Notes: a model not told the origin generated them from the letters alone. Counted from the first letter of the stretch, positions 12,790-25,113 are shown. The stretch is 64,000 bases of DNA from Octopus sinensis (GCF_006345805.1 NC_043021.1:15872001-15936000), one strand, 5' to 3'. Translations and numbers: made by a program.

Positions 12790-12906
12790 CTTTGAATGTC
12801 CAGTTTGAGATCCATAGAGAATGTGTAACGATCTCTTCCATTCTTTAACCTCGGTTTTGCAATCTTTGGAAACGGTTTTTTCCACGGATTCTTTAACCTC
12901 CGCAAC
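12790..12906 (-). CDS. TYW1: TYW1 coding exon 2 (start of flavodoxin domain)
   Basis: VAEVKESVEKTVSKDCKTEVKEWKRSLHILYGSQTGHSK contains a YGSQTG FMN-binding loop. cag acceptor, gtaatg donor, 117 nt, phase 0-0. Confidence 0.92.
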
Positions 12907-15160
12907 CTGGGAATATAAAAATAAAGAGTCAACCTGCTTGTTTGTCTAGAAACAGCAGCCAAATCTCATTTAAATCATGTATTACTGTCTTGAATAAAGA
13001 AAGGACACACTAGATATTGGAAATTAATCTCACGTACCCCTAAATAGACAGGATGGTCATGGCCAGAATGTCTTTGACTATAGGTCTATTCAATAAGATA
13101 CTGACCTGTGGTTAAACAGCAACAATATCAATGTTCCAATCAATTACAGACTTCAGTTCTATACCTATTTCTTAACTACCCACAAGGGGCTAAACACAGA
13201 GAGGACAAACAAGGACAGACAAACGGATTTAGTCGATTACATCGACCCCAGTGTGTAACTAGTACTTAATTTATCGACCCCGAAAGGATGAAAGGCAAAG
13301 TCGACCTCGGCGGAATTTGAACTCACAACATAACGGCAGACGAAACACCACTAAGCATTTTGCCCGGCGTGCTAACGTTTCTGCCAGCTCACTGCCTTAA
13401 GTTCTATACCGTATTGGACGTTGATCTGTCTTTGCACAGTTCCAATAGCATTATGTTGGGCCTTTGAGAAGTAACTAGCAACCTCACTCAATACCTCTCC
13501 ATTTTTGGAGAAAAGGAGGCGACTGGTGGTTCCAGCCCCAGTCCACTCCTAGATTTTACTTATCTGTATGCGTGCATGTGAGTGAGTTCATATTTCTCTT
13601 TGTTTTTACACGTGTTGGCTGACTGTAAACAAACAACAGCTGCACTGACAATACAAAAGCATGTTCAGTCTTCTCAACATGTCTTAAATGCATCGTGCTT
13701 TGTAAACAAAACAGCCAGTCCCGACAGTGGTTTTGTTGCCAGTTCACAGCATAAACATGTTTTGTTTGTTCCTTCTCTAGCCATGCCTGGCTCATAAGGG
13801 CCGGTTTCCTTGGCATATAGGTTCCCCACCTGGACGGGACGCCGGTCTGTCGCAGGTGAGCTGCATGATGCAGGAGGAAAGAGTGAAAGTTGTGGCGAAA
13901 GAATCAGCAGAAGTTCGCCATTACCTTCTGCCGGAGCCGTGTGGAGCTTAGGTGTTTCGCGCATAAACACACACATCGCCCGCGTCTGAGATTCGAACCT
14001 GCGATCCCTCGACTGCGAGTCCGCTGCTCTAACCACTAGGCCATGTGCCTCCACCATAAACATGTGTACCAGTGCATGTATTTTTTATTATTTGCATAAT
14101 GAACCTCCCAAGATGCAACATCTTTATTTATAAAAGGCAGGATGTGTGTGTGTGTGTGTGTACGTAGATGTACTTTATGCACGTCCACAAATTAGCTTGC
14201 ATGTCACTCCAATTTTAGGAGAACGTCGGTCACGACCATAGCTGTGCTTTTGTCAACTTATTTTTCCCTAGGCACCCCCGGATAGCAGTAAAAATAGCTT
14301 TTCAACCATAACTTTTACCAATTTTCATGTTGGTGAAATCTGTAAGTTTGCTAACATGAGTTAAGTCCCTTGTCTTATAGATTAATTCACCCTACTACAA
14401 TGCCTCCGAAAAAAATTAGATTTGGACTACCTAAGCAATCTCAGCATAGGAAAATAGAAAGAGCTGAAGAGACTGACTATCAGTAGACCCATTAGTAAAA
14501 TATTATAATTTTTGGGGCCAAAACCTGGCAATAAAAGCTTGTGGATATTCCGCTACAAAACATTCAATAATATCAAAGCAGTAACTTTCATAAAATCAGG
14601 GTATAATTTTTGAAGGCTCTTTCTGTACCCAGTCAACGATGAGTATTTCTGCTACTATATTATACAGGATGACCCCCTCCCCCCCAAAAAAAAACAGAAC
14701 CCATAAAAATTTTATTAAATCCTACAAATATCCAGCAAATTTCAAGAAATTTTCTGGACTTAAATTTCGGTCTGTGTACGATCATTACCTTTGCATAAAA
14801 GTCATGTACTTTTTAAAATTTGCCCCAAATGGCGTATGTCACGCAAAATTGTCAATTACTCAAACACATTCCTCTCTGGGGATTTCCCTGATTTCTGCTG
14901 TGATTGCCACCTTTTGTTCACCAATCGTTTGATGCAGAGGGAGGATAGATCGAGATGAACAGTGGTTCCAGCAAGACGGGGCTACCCCCCCCCCCATACA
15001 TCAAATGACTCCCTAGCGTGGCTGTGAGAGCAATTTCAGGAGAGACTGATCAGCAGGAAGCATAATATTGAGTGGGCACTGCATTCGCCAGACTTGAACC
15101 CACCCAGATTTTTATCTCAAGGATAATATTTACCAGAACAACCCTCAAACGATTGGTGAA

Positions 15161-16512
15161 CTCCAACCAGGCCTTTCATGATACCCTTAAAGCCAGGAAC
15201 TTTTCAGCCCCACCCCTCGTGTATATATATATAATATGGCTTAAGTGCAGGAGTGGCTGTGTGGTAAGTAGCTTGTTTACCAACCACATGGTTCCGGTTT
15301 CAGTCCCACTGCGCGGCACCTTGGGCAAGTGTCTTCTACTATAGCCTCGGGCCGACCAAAGCCTTGTGAGTGGATTTGGTAGATGGAAACTGAAAGAAGC
15401 CCGTCGTATATATGTATATATATATATATATGCGTGTGTGTGTTTGTCCCCCTAGCATTGCTTGACAACCGATGCTAGTGTGTTTATGTCCCCGTTACTT
15501 AGCGGTTCGGCAAAAGTGACCGATAGAATTAGTACTGGGCTTACAAAAGAATAAGTCCCGGGGTCGAGTTGCTCGATTAAAGGCGGTGCTCCAGCATGGC
15601 CACAGTCAAATGACTGAAACAAGTAAAAGAGTAAAACAGTAATACATATACAAGGGAGCGCTGAAAAGTTCTTGACTTTGGGTAAAAGAAAATACAGCAG
15701 GATCATTTCAATTATGATTTTATTCAACATATCCCCCCCTCTCATATTCATGCACTTATTGCAGCAGCCCTTCAGTTTTTCTAAGCCCTGTAAAAGATCT
15801 TGGAATGTTGGGCTTCCAACCAGGTCTTTCATGATACCTTAAAGCCAGGAACTTTTCAGCCCCACCCCTCGTGTATATATATATAATATGGCTTAAGTGC
15901 AGGAGTGGCTGTGTGGTAAGTAGCTTGTTTACCAACCACATGGTTCCGGTTTCAGTCCCACTGCGCGGCACCTTGGGCAAGTGTCTTCTACTATAGCCTC
16001 GGGCCGACCAAAGCCTTGTGAGTGGATTTGGTAGATGGAAACTGAAAGAAGCCCGTCGTATATATGTATATATATATATATATGCGTGTGTGTGTTTGTC
16101 CCCCTAGCATTGCTTGACAACCGATGCTAGTGTGTTTATGTCCCCGTTACTTAGCGGTTCGGCAAAAGTGACCGATAGAATTAGTACTGGGCTTACAAAA
16201 GAATAAGTCCCGGGGTCGAGTTGCTCGATTAAAGGCGGTGCTCCAGCATGGCCACAGTCAAATGACTGAAACAAGTAAAAGAGTAAAACAGTAATACATA
16301 TACAAGGGAGCGCTGAAAAGTTCTTGACTTTGGGTAAAAGAAAATACAGCAGGATCATTTCAATTATGATTTTATTCAACATATCCCCCCCCCTCATATT
16401 CATGCACTTATTGCAGCAGCCCTTCAGTTTTTCTAAGCCCTGTAAAAGATCTTGGAATGTTGGGCTTCCAACCAGGTCTTTCATGATACCCTTAAAGCCA
16501 GGAACTTTTCAG
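15161..16512. repeat. 652-bp tandem duplication
   Basis: ORF track shows identical translations at 15452-15832 and 16104-16484. Confidence 0.95.
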
Positions 16513-16522
16513 AACTCCCTCG
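16303..16522. mobile_element. Mariner-type MITE (intact copy; chimeric copy at 15651-15871)
   Basis: TA TSD with TIRs CAAGGGAGCGCTGAAAAGTTC / GAACTTTTCAGAACTCCCTCG. Confidence 0.8.
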
Positions 16523-17101
16523 TATTACTCTCTTTTACTTGTTTCAGTCATTTGACTGCGGCCATGCTGGAGCACCGCCTTTAGTCAAGCAAATCGACTC
16601 CGGGACTTATTCTTTGTAAGCCCAGTACTTATTCTATCGGCCTCTTTTGCCAAACCGCTAAGTGACGGGGACATAAACACACCAGCATCGGTTGTCAAGC
16701 AATGCTAAGGGACAAACAGACACACAAACACACACACACACATATATATATATATGTATATATATATATACGACAGGCTTCTTTCAGTTTCCGTCTACCA
16801 AATCCACTCACAAGGTATTGGTCGGCCCGGGGCTACAGCAGATGACACTTGCCCAAGATGCCACACAGTGGGACTGAACCCGGAACCATGTGGTTGGTTA
16901 GCAAGCTACTTACCACACAGCCACTCCTGCGCCTATTACAATTACTAGAAATTGTATAAAAAATTTTTTAATATTTGATTTGTTGTAGAAGCAAAGCCAA
17001 TCTATTGCACACAGATTTTAAGCACAAAATCTTCTATGGACCCCCAAGAGTCATAGAGAACCCCAGTTGAGGACAACCGATGTATATGAATCTCACTTTA
17101 C

Positions 17102-17227
17102 CTTGGTTTTGGTTTGCTTCATCCAAAATCTGCTGAGATAAGTGAATGAAATGACTGCCAGGAGCAAAAGCCAGACTGGCAGACGTAGGTACTCAGATAC
17201 CTCATACTGTAACAGTTCTTCCAACAT
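17102..17227 (-). CDS. TYW1: TYW1 first coding exon (N-terminal membrane anchor); exon acceptor at 17241/17242
   Basis: Translates MLEELLQYEVSEYLRLPVWLLLLAVISFTYLSRFWMKQTKTK with a hydrophobic stretch. Polypyrimidine cag acceptor upstream, AAG|gtaaag donor, phase 0 into the next exon. Confidence 0.8.
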
Positions 17228-17995
17228 AACACAAACCAATCTGAAGAAGAGAAAACAAAGTCAGCCTCAGTTAAATCATTCAGGGATATCGGATGAGATG
17301 AGAGAAGTGAGAAAAGGGACATGCAGACATATCTATTAGGAGGGGAATTAAAGTACAGCCATATCTATTAATCGGGTAGTATTGGAGGATTACATTTATC
17401 TGTTAGTACACATAGCTATCAGTGGGGTACCAGAGATGAAATTTCTTTACTACCCACAAGGGGACAAACAAGGACAGACAAACGGATTAAGTCGATTATA
17501 TTGACCCCAGTGCGTAACTGATACTTAATTTATCGACCCCGAAAGGATGAAAGGCAAATTCCGCCGAGGTCGACTTTGCCTTTCATCCTTTCGGGGTCGA
17601 TAAATTAAGTATCAGTTACGCACTGGGGTCGATGTAATCGACTTAATCCATTTGTCTGTCCTTGTTTGTCCCCTGTGTTTAGCCCCTTGTGGGTAGTAAA
17701 GAAATATGAATATAAATATATATTTATTACTTGTTTCAGTCATTAGACTGCAGCCATGTTGGAGCACTGCCTCGAAGGGTTCCAATTGAAAGAATCAACC
17801 CTAGTACCTATTTTTTTCCAAACCTTATTACTTATTCAATTGGCCTCTTTTTTGTCAAACCGCTAAGTCATGGGGATGTAAACAAACCAACATCGGCTGT
17901 AAAGCAATGAGGGGAACAAACACAAAGAATCACACTCATAGATGTATACATATATATATATATACAAATACATATATACATAAATACACACACAT

Positions 17996-18027
<32 letters not shown>

Positions 18028-18062
18028 TATGCATATATACATACCTACATATATATGTGTGT

Positions 18063-18097
<35 letters not shown>

Positions 18098-18402
18098 CAA
18101 ATTAAATTTGTATATATATATAAAACCACTATTATTTAATAGTGGTTTTATCTCTAATTTAATTTATATTTATACTGTGAAATTTGATTTAATCTTAAAT
18201 CTAATTTTTCCCTGTAAGTTTGGATATACTCCCTAATATTATTATTATTATATATATATATATATGCATATATGGGTACAGGACATAAAAAAAAAACATG
18301 CAAAAAAGAGAAACAAGAACATAAAAAAGACACAGAAACAAACTTTTTTTAAACAATGAAAGAAACAAATAGAGAAAGGAGAGAGGCAACATAAAGAACA
18401 TT

Positions 18403-18462
18403 CCCTTCATCAGTTGTCCCCTGTTTTATATACTCCACGTTTCAAAGGTAGGGACAAGACGC
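18403..18462 (-). ncRNA. Hammerhead-ribozyme-like motif, non-circularly permuted strand order
   Basis: Minus strand reads GCGUC UUGUCCC UACCUUU GAAA CGU GGAGUAUAUAAAACAG GGGACAA CUGAUGA AGGG. All core nucleotides are present, with a 7-bp stem I and a 4-bp stem III. Confidence 0.6.
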
Positions 18463-19083
18463 ATGCATGACAGGTATCTTTCAGTTTCGTATTTCTTTAT
18501 AGCCCACAAGGGGCTAAACATAGAGGAGACAAACAAGGACAGACAAAAGGATTAAGTCGATTACATCGACTCCAGTACGTAACTGGTACTTAATTTATCG
18601 ACCCCGAAAGGATGAAAGGCAAAGTCAACATTGGCAGAATTTGAACTCAGAATGTAATGGCAGACGAAATACAGCTAAGCATTTCGTCTGGTGTGCTAAT
18701 GTTTCTGCCAGGTCACCGCCTTCCTTCAGTTTCTGCCTACCAAATCTACTCACAAGGCTATTGTATAAGACACTTGGCCAAGGTACTAAACAGTGAGATA
18801 GAACCTGGAACCATGTGGTTGTGAAACACCAGCTATGTAATCTATTACACACACACACATTATATGTATGATGCATAATATATGTATTATATATATCAGG
18901 AAAGTAGTAGAGGACACACACACACACATATATATATATATATCACGGAGATGCACTTGCATAGCAAGTGATTTGATCTGAGATCGTGTGCTGGAACGAA
19001 AACAATTGCAGCGTGGATGGTGTTTATAAGCCATTTAAGAAACACACAAAAGCCGCCCGATTCACTTCAACATTTAAGTTTAA

Positions 19084-19134
19084 TTTGTCAAAATATTTTC
19101 GTCACTATAAGACCGCGACCTGTTCACTGACAAA
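19084..19134 (-). ncRNA. Type I minimal hammerhead-like motif with G3:C8 swap and palindromic stem III
   Basis: UUUGUCA GUGAACA G GUCGC-loop-GUGAC GAA AAUAUU U UGACAAA: perfect 7-bp stem I, 5-bp stem II. Confidence 0.65.
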
Positions 19135-19256
19135 AATCCGTGCTGCATCTATATTTATATATATATATATATCATATGAATTAGAGATAAAACCACTATT
19201 ATGCAACTCAAACAGTGATAGACATAAACCAATACATAAATAACAAATAATATATA

Positions 19257-19293
<37 letters not shown>

Positions 19294-19662
19294 TGGCCTC
19301 CGTGCTGAGGGCATGTAACAAACACCATCCGAGCGTGGCCGTTCGCCAGCCTCGTCTGGCACCTGTGTTGGTGACACATAAGAAAACACCATCCGAGCGT
19401 GGCCGTCTGCCAGCCTCGTCTGGCACCTGTGTCGGTGGCACATAAAAAACACCATCCGAGCGTGGCCGTTCGCCAGCCTCGTCTGGCACCTGTGCGGGTG
19501 GCACGTAAAAAGCACCCACTACACTCACGGAGTGGTTGGCGTTAGGAAGGGCATCCAGCCGTAGAAACACTGCCAGATCTGACTGGGCCTGGTGCAGCCT
19601 TCTGGTTTTCCAGACCCCAGTTGAACCGTCCAACCCATGCTAGCATGGAAAGCGGATGCTAA

Positions 19663-19698
<36 letters not shown>

Positions 19699-20322
19699 AT
19701 AATATATATATATATAATAGATATGTATATTGTTGGGGTGGTAGAGTCATAGCTATATCTATTAATAGAAATGCATTGGGAATACATCAGCTCCATTAAT
19801 TTCATTAGTGCCAAGCCAACAAGTGCATCTCTTTGATTTGTATAATAGGAAAAAAAAAATCATTTTCAATCTTCTGATTTATTCATTGTAACCGATGAGA
19901 CCGGCTCAGATGTTTGCAATAGTAATGAACTCTTCTAAAGCCAACCAAGGGCCAGGTGGTGAATGTGAAGCTTCCCAACCACATGGCTTCAGGTTCAGTC
20001 CCACTGTGTGGCGACTTAAACACACGTCTTCTATTATAGCCCTCGGCTGACCCCAAGCCATGTAAGTGGATTTCAGTGGATGGAAACTGCAAGAAGTCCA
20101 GCATGTATACATGTACGTGTCTTTGTGTTTGTCTCACCCGTGTTGGTTTGTTTACATCCCTGTAATTTAGCAGTTCTGCAAAAAGAGTACCAGGCTTTAA
20201 AAAAAAGTACTGCTGTCAATTTGTTCAAACAAAACCCTTCAAGGAAGTGCCTCAGCATGGCCACAGTCAAATGAGTGAAACAAGTAAAAGTCAAAGGCTT
20301 TGGTAGAAATGGTAGAAGACAA

Positions 20323-20790
20323 TACTGTTCTATATTTCAGAGATGAGGAATTATGTACATTATTTTACATTGGACGGATAAATGTCCCCATCTTGTTTGT
20401 TGTTACCACATTTCGGCTGATGTACTCTCGAGCCTTCATCAAGTCTCTTGGTGGAATTTCGGACCCAACCCTTTATTTGATTAATGGGGTACTCTGTTCT
20501 CATTCCTAAGGTAGTTTTTGCTGATGTTGTTATTATTATTTATTCAAGTCATTGTGTGGGATTGAACCTGGAATGTTGGGGTTAGTAGCCCAGGCAGTGA
20601 CTTGAATAAATAATAACAACATCAGTAAAAAATACCTTAGGAATGAGAACAGAGTACCCCATTAGTCAAATAAAGGGTTGGGTTCAAAATTCCACCAAGA
20701 GACTTGATGAAGGCTGGAGAGTACATCAGCCAAAACGTTGTGGTAACAACAGACAAGGTGAGGGTACCTATCCGTCCAAAGTAAATAATG
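20323..20790. mobile_element. Head-to-head inverted pair of Penelope-like tail fragments with decayed hammerhead cores
   Basis: Arms 20358-20551 and 20598-20790. Each carries cttgatgaaggct...agcc(g/a)aaa. Confidence 0.6.
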
Positions 20791-22080
20791 GATGGTAGAT
20801 GACACTTCCCCAAGTCACACTGACATACAGTATAACTGAACCTGGACCCATTCAATTGCAAAGTAAATTCCTTAAAGATGCATCCATGCCTGTACCCAGT
20901 TAAATGGTAGATTGAATCTATCATCTACTTAATCACCATAGCAGCTTCCTGGCAGATTTGAACCCCCCTCACTCAGGTTTCCAATTTAGAATTACAATCA
21001 TCCTCATCACCATGTCAAACCATCCAACCCATGGCTTGGATGGTTTGACAAGATCTGACAGGGCCAAGAACTGCATCATACCCCAGTGTCTGCTTTGGTG
21101 TACCGGATGCTTTTTCATGCCACCAGTGCTAGTGAGATCCCCATGTAGTTCACAAAACTACGAACCCTGATGGAAGGGAATTCAGTTTTATGCTAGAGAA
21201 CAACAGGTCAAACAGGAGAGGGGAAGAACAGGTTCTTGTAGAAGAGATACATGGCCCCTCACATTCAGAAGAGGAGAGAATGATGAGTAGGAGCTGTGAA
21301 GAGATAGATATTGGGGATGAGGTGTTCAGGTGGCCTCTCAAGGTACAAAATGAGACGTGGGTGGTAGGGGCCTAATTATAAATCCATAAAAGGCATGAAC
21401 AGCTTTGAATAAAAGAAACACTTATGTAAATGTTTTCAAGTTAGTCATCATCAGCTGGTATGTATCAGTCAACAGCAACAGACATAAAAGTAAGTTATGT
21501 AAAAAGAGCCATCAAAAAGTATTTTTAAAATGTTCCAGAAGTTTTACACAGTGTTATAAAAAGTTGGTGATTTGAACCTTAGAGTAGAGCCACCTTAGAT
21601 TTTACACAGAACTTTGCAACATTGCTCTGCAAGATATCTGCTCATTTCCTCCTCATGTCAATGCATGACATATATTCTATACAATGTTTGACAAAAATAG
21701 TTGTCCTTCAATTTTAATGTCAACATACATACAAGCACACATGTCACTTTATGTAACTTTATCTGCTTTTTTCTCTATTATATAATGTACACAAGTCACA
21801 TAAATTTAACTAGAACATTCTCTTATATTTAATAATAAAGCTTTAAGTGTTAATTTGTTCCACAAATATTTTTCAGTACAATTATATAAATTTAGTTATG
21901 CATATGTAATATGTACATAAGAGACACTGGAGTGGCTGTGAGGCTAAGAAACCAGCTTTTCAACTATGTGGCCAGGAGTTCAGTCTACTTCATGGCACCT
22001 TGGGCAAGTATCTTCAACTACAGCCCTAGACTAACCAATGCCTTGTGAGCAAATTTGGTAGATGGAAACTGAAAGAATCC

Positions 22081-22149
<69 letters not shown>

Positions 22150-24417
22150 CATATGTACATACATAGGTGTGGCAAGAAGCTTACTTCCCAACCACATGGT
22201 TCTGGGTTCAGTCCAACTGCGTGGCACCTTGGGCAAGTGTCTTCTGCTCAGATGGTACTTTTAATGTTCCACTAGCACGGGTGCCAATCGGGCAGTACTG
22301 TCGTTGGCCACGTCAGCGATTTTGATTTCACTTGCCTCAAAAGGTCTTCGCAAGCAAAGTTTATTGTCCGATGAATGAAGGGTAGTCATAAGTGGGCTGG
22401 TTATACACCATGGGTTATGGTCTCACTTGGCTTGTCGGGTCTTGTAGCCATCCTTCTTGTGTAAGAACACAGTCTGTTAATTGCCAGTAATATTACAATG
22501 ACCAAACCAACAGCACCATCACATAACCCTTGGATGTCTTTGGCAGAGTCCATTCTGTTGCAAGAATTTGGACAACCTTTTGTTAGGGAGATAACTTACT
22601 AGTCTCAAAGAACACTAGAAAAATTATGAATGATGCCATTCCTTCTTTAAACTATTAAAAAGAAGTACACAATGTTACCAGACTGGTTAGGTACTCACCC
22701 CAAAGTATAAGAGCAACAAACTAACAAACCCAGAGTCTATCATTTGACTCTCAAAGGGTCCTAGATTGAATGTCTTATATATAGCCTTCGTCTGTCGTTA
22801 CGTTCTGAGTTCAAATTCCGCCGAGGTCGGCTATGCCTTTCATCCTCTCGGGGTCGATAAATAAAGTACCAGTTTCGCACTGGGTCGATGTAATCGACTT
22901 AATCCCTTTGCTTTTCCCCTCTATGTTTAGCCCCTTGTGGGTAGTAAAGAAATATATATATAGCCTGTAGGGATTTTATCCTCGATTGTATTCAAAAAGA
23001 AATGTAAATGAAACTAACTGCTATGATTTATCGCTAAAATTTACTTTCAACTCATTGAATTACAAGTTGATATTAAGTGGAGGAGTTTTACACTGTAACA
23101 TAAGAACGATATGAACTTAAAGAGTAAGCCTTTAGAGTAATTTAATCTCAGCTGCGCATCATAGCCTAGAATAGATATCTTCATTAACATTACAAAAAAA
23201 AAAAGAACATTAAAAAAGACGCTACTTCACCAGAATTGATCTGGGAGAGACGAATAATCAACATTAATAGCTATTGTGATGATGATGCCACTGGTCCAAC
23301 AAACCTTGGAGATACTGGAAATAATTAATTTTGATTATATTGATCGAACCGCAAAATACACGCAGAATAGATTCAATGAAGAATGGTATTTAAAAGCTAT
23401 TATAATTTATAGCAGCATGGGTTTATGAACAAAAAAAAAAAGGCTGGGAAACAAAATCGTCTGAGAGACAAAGACAAACATTTTTTAGAAGCAATAATTA
23501 TATCTGGAATGTTAATCTCTTTAAAACGCAACACTTCGACACAATTTTCCAGTTTAATTATGTTATATAAGTGGTTTGAAATTAGCAATGAGTTTTAATC
23601 ATCGCAAACATTAAACAATGTAAAAAAAATAATAATACATCACAGATGTTTCCTGTATAGATTTCCTTGTTATGAAAATATCTTTTATTGCAAATTACAG
23701 ATATGAAAGTAAGCTTATCACCACAAGAAGCTGTTGCTTAGCTATAAGGTCAGCTCTGAAAATCCACCCATTTCAGGCAGATATGGTGTTTTTCAAGTGT
23801 GTCGACCTTCTGTGATTTGAGAGATATCTGACTGTTACTTCTAGCAGATCGAACGAGCGCAGAGAGGTTTCTTTCCCCTCGATGTCTGGCATCGATCAAG
23901 AGAAATCAGTGGAAACGGTTGGAAAGGTCAAAAGCCGGGATTAGGGAAGTTATGGGGCACCTGGGTTCGATACTTTAGCTTCCAACAGCTCATGAAATCT
24001 TAACAGTTATACAGTAATAGCTAATTACTATCAGAGTATTTGTTAATTAACTAATTAATTACAACGCCCTTTCCTCGTGGAAAGATTGGACATTGAAAGA
24101 AATCGATACCTTCGTGTTAATTGCTAGATTTTTAAATTTTTCCACTTCACTGACTTCTTCGAACTACTTCTGACAGAGAACTTATACTGTAATTCATATA
24201 TTTAAATGTCGATTTGTAACAGAATTAAATGATAAACCAGATTTTTAATCGTTTAATCCCCACAGCTATATATATTTATATATATTCCCCCCTTATTTAT
24301 TATGGGTAACATAAACACCGCAAAGATCAAACGGAGCATCTCGTCGTGTAAACATCGAAGTTACCAGTCATTAAATAATTAAGTAAACATTAAAACAGAA
24401 AAAAAGGGGTTACTTAC

Positions 24418-24600
24418 GTTAGCTATTATGTTTTGTCGAAGTACATCGAACGATCTTTCGGCAGATATCCGTCGGGCAGTGTTTCTTTAGTTAAAACCTT
24501 TCAAAACAATATTCCGGCCACATGGAACTCAGCTGCGTTACAGAGATCTCGGGAAGAAGGTGGTAATTGTCAAGACACATGAACGAGCAGACCACTTTTA
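24418..24600 (-). other. Candidate non-coding first exon / promoter-proximal region of TYW1
   Basis: Strong minus-strand donor AAC|gtaagt at 24417 in unique CpG-retaining sequence. Splicing to 17240 puts an in-frame stop upstream of ATG 17227. The 5' boundary is a guess. Confidence 0.35.
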
Positions 24601-24702
24601 ACTTGGAGGCTTCAAGTGAACAAGAAGTTTTTCAACGCTTGCAGAATAGCTTAATAAATATTATAGATTAATTTATGTTTTTAATAAATGAACAGATTTT
24701 TT

Positions 24703-25113
24703 GGATCTTTTCGGTTGAACGGCAGTTTTTTTTTCTAGCGGTGTCATATGAAATTGTCACCCATAATTATGACCCTAGTATCGATCTATTGCATTTCAAT
24801 CTGTTTTAGGGTTAGAGTTAGGGATGGGAGGAAGGGTATCTTGTTTTCTTCACAAATGTAAATAAACTCAATCTGTTTCTTAAACGAGGGACATATTCAT
24901 ACGGCACAGAATGTTTTTTTTTTACCTCAATAGACGTCACTGATTGGTTGAAATTTCAGAAATTGAAGAAATATCTTACAAACTATAGAATTTTCTCAAT
25001 AAAACGAAGAAGAAAAGATGTTTTATAAATACATTCTACCAGTATACGAAGTTTAAAATTTTTTAGTTACCTAGAAATTATGTTAAAAACTGCCGTTCAA
25101 ACCGAAAAGATCC
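24703..25113. mobile_element. MITE, same family as 2947-3374
   Basis: Same TIRs and internal sequence. Confidence 0.8.

Noticed and set aside
18121-18150. 13-bp perfect hairpin taaaaccactatt/aatagtggtttta
   Set aside because: It is short, AT-rich and part of a repeat also seen near 19189.
21190-21375. 61-aa acidic ORF
   Set aside because: No recognisable motif, no supporting splice partners, and too short.
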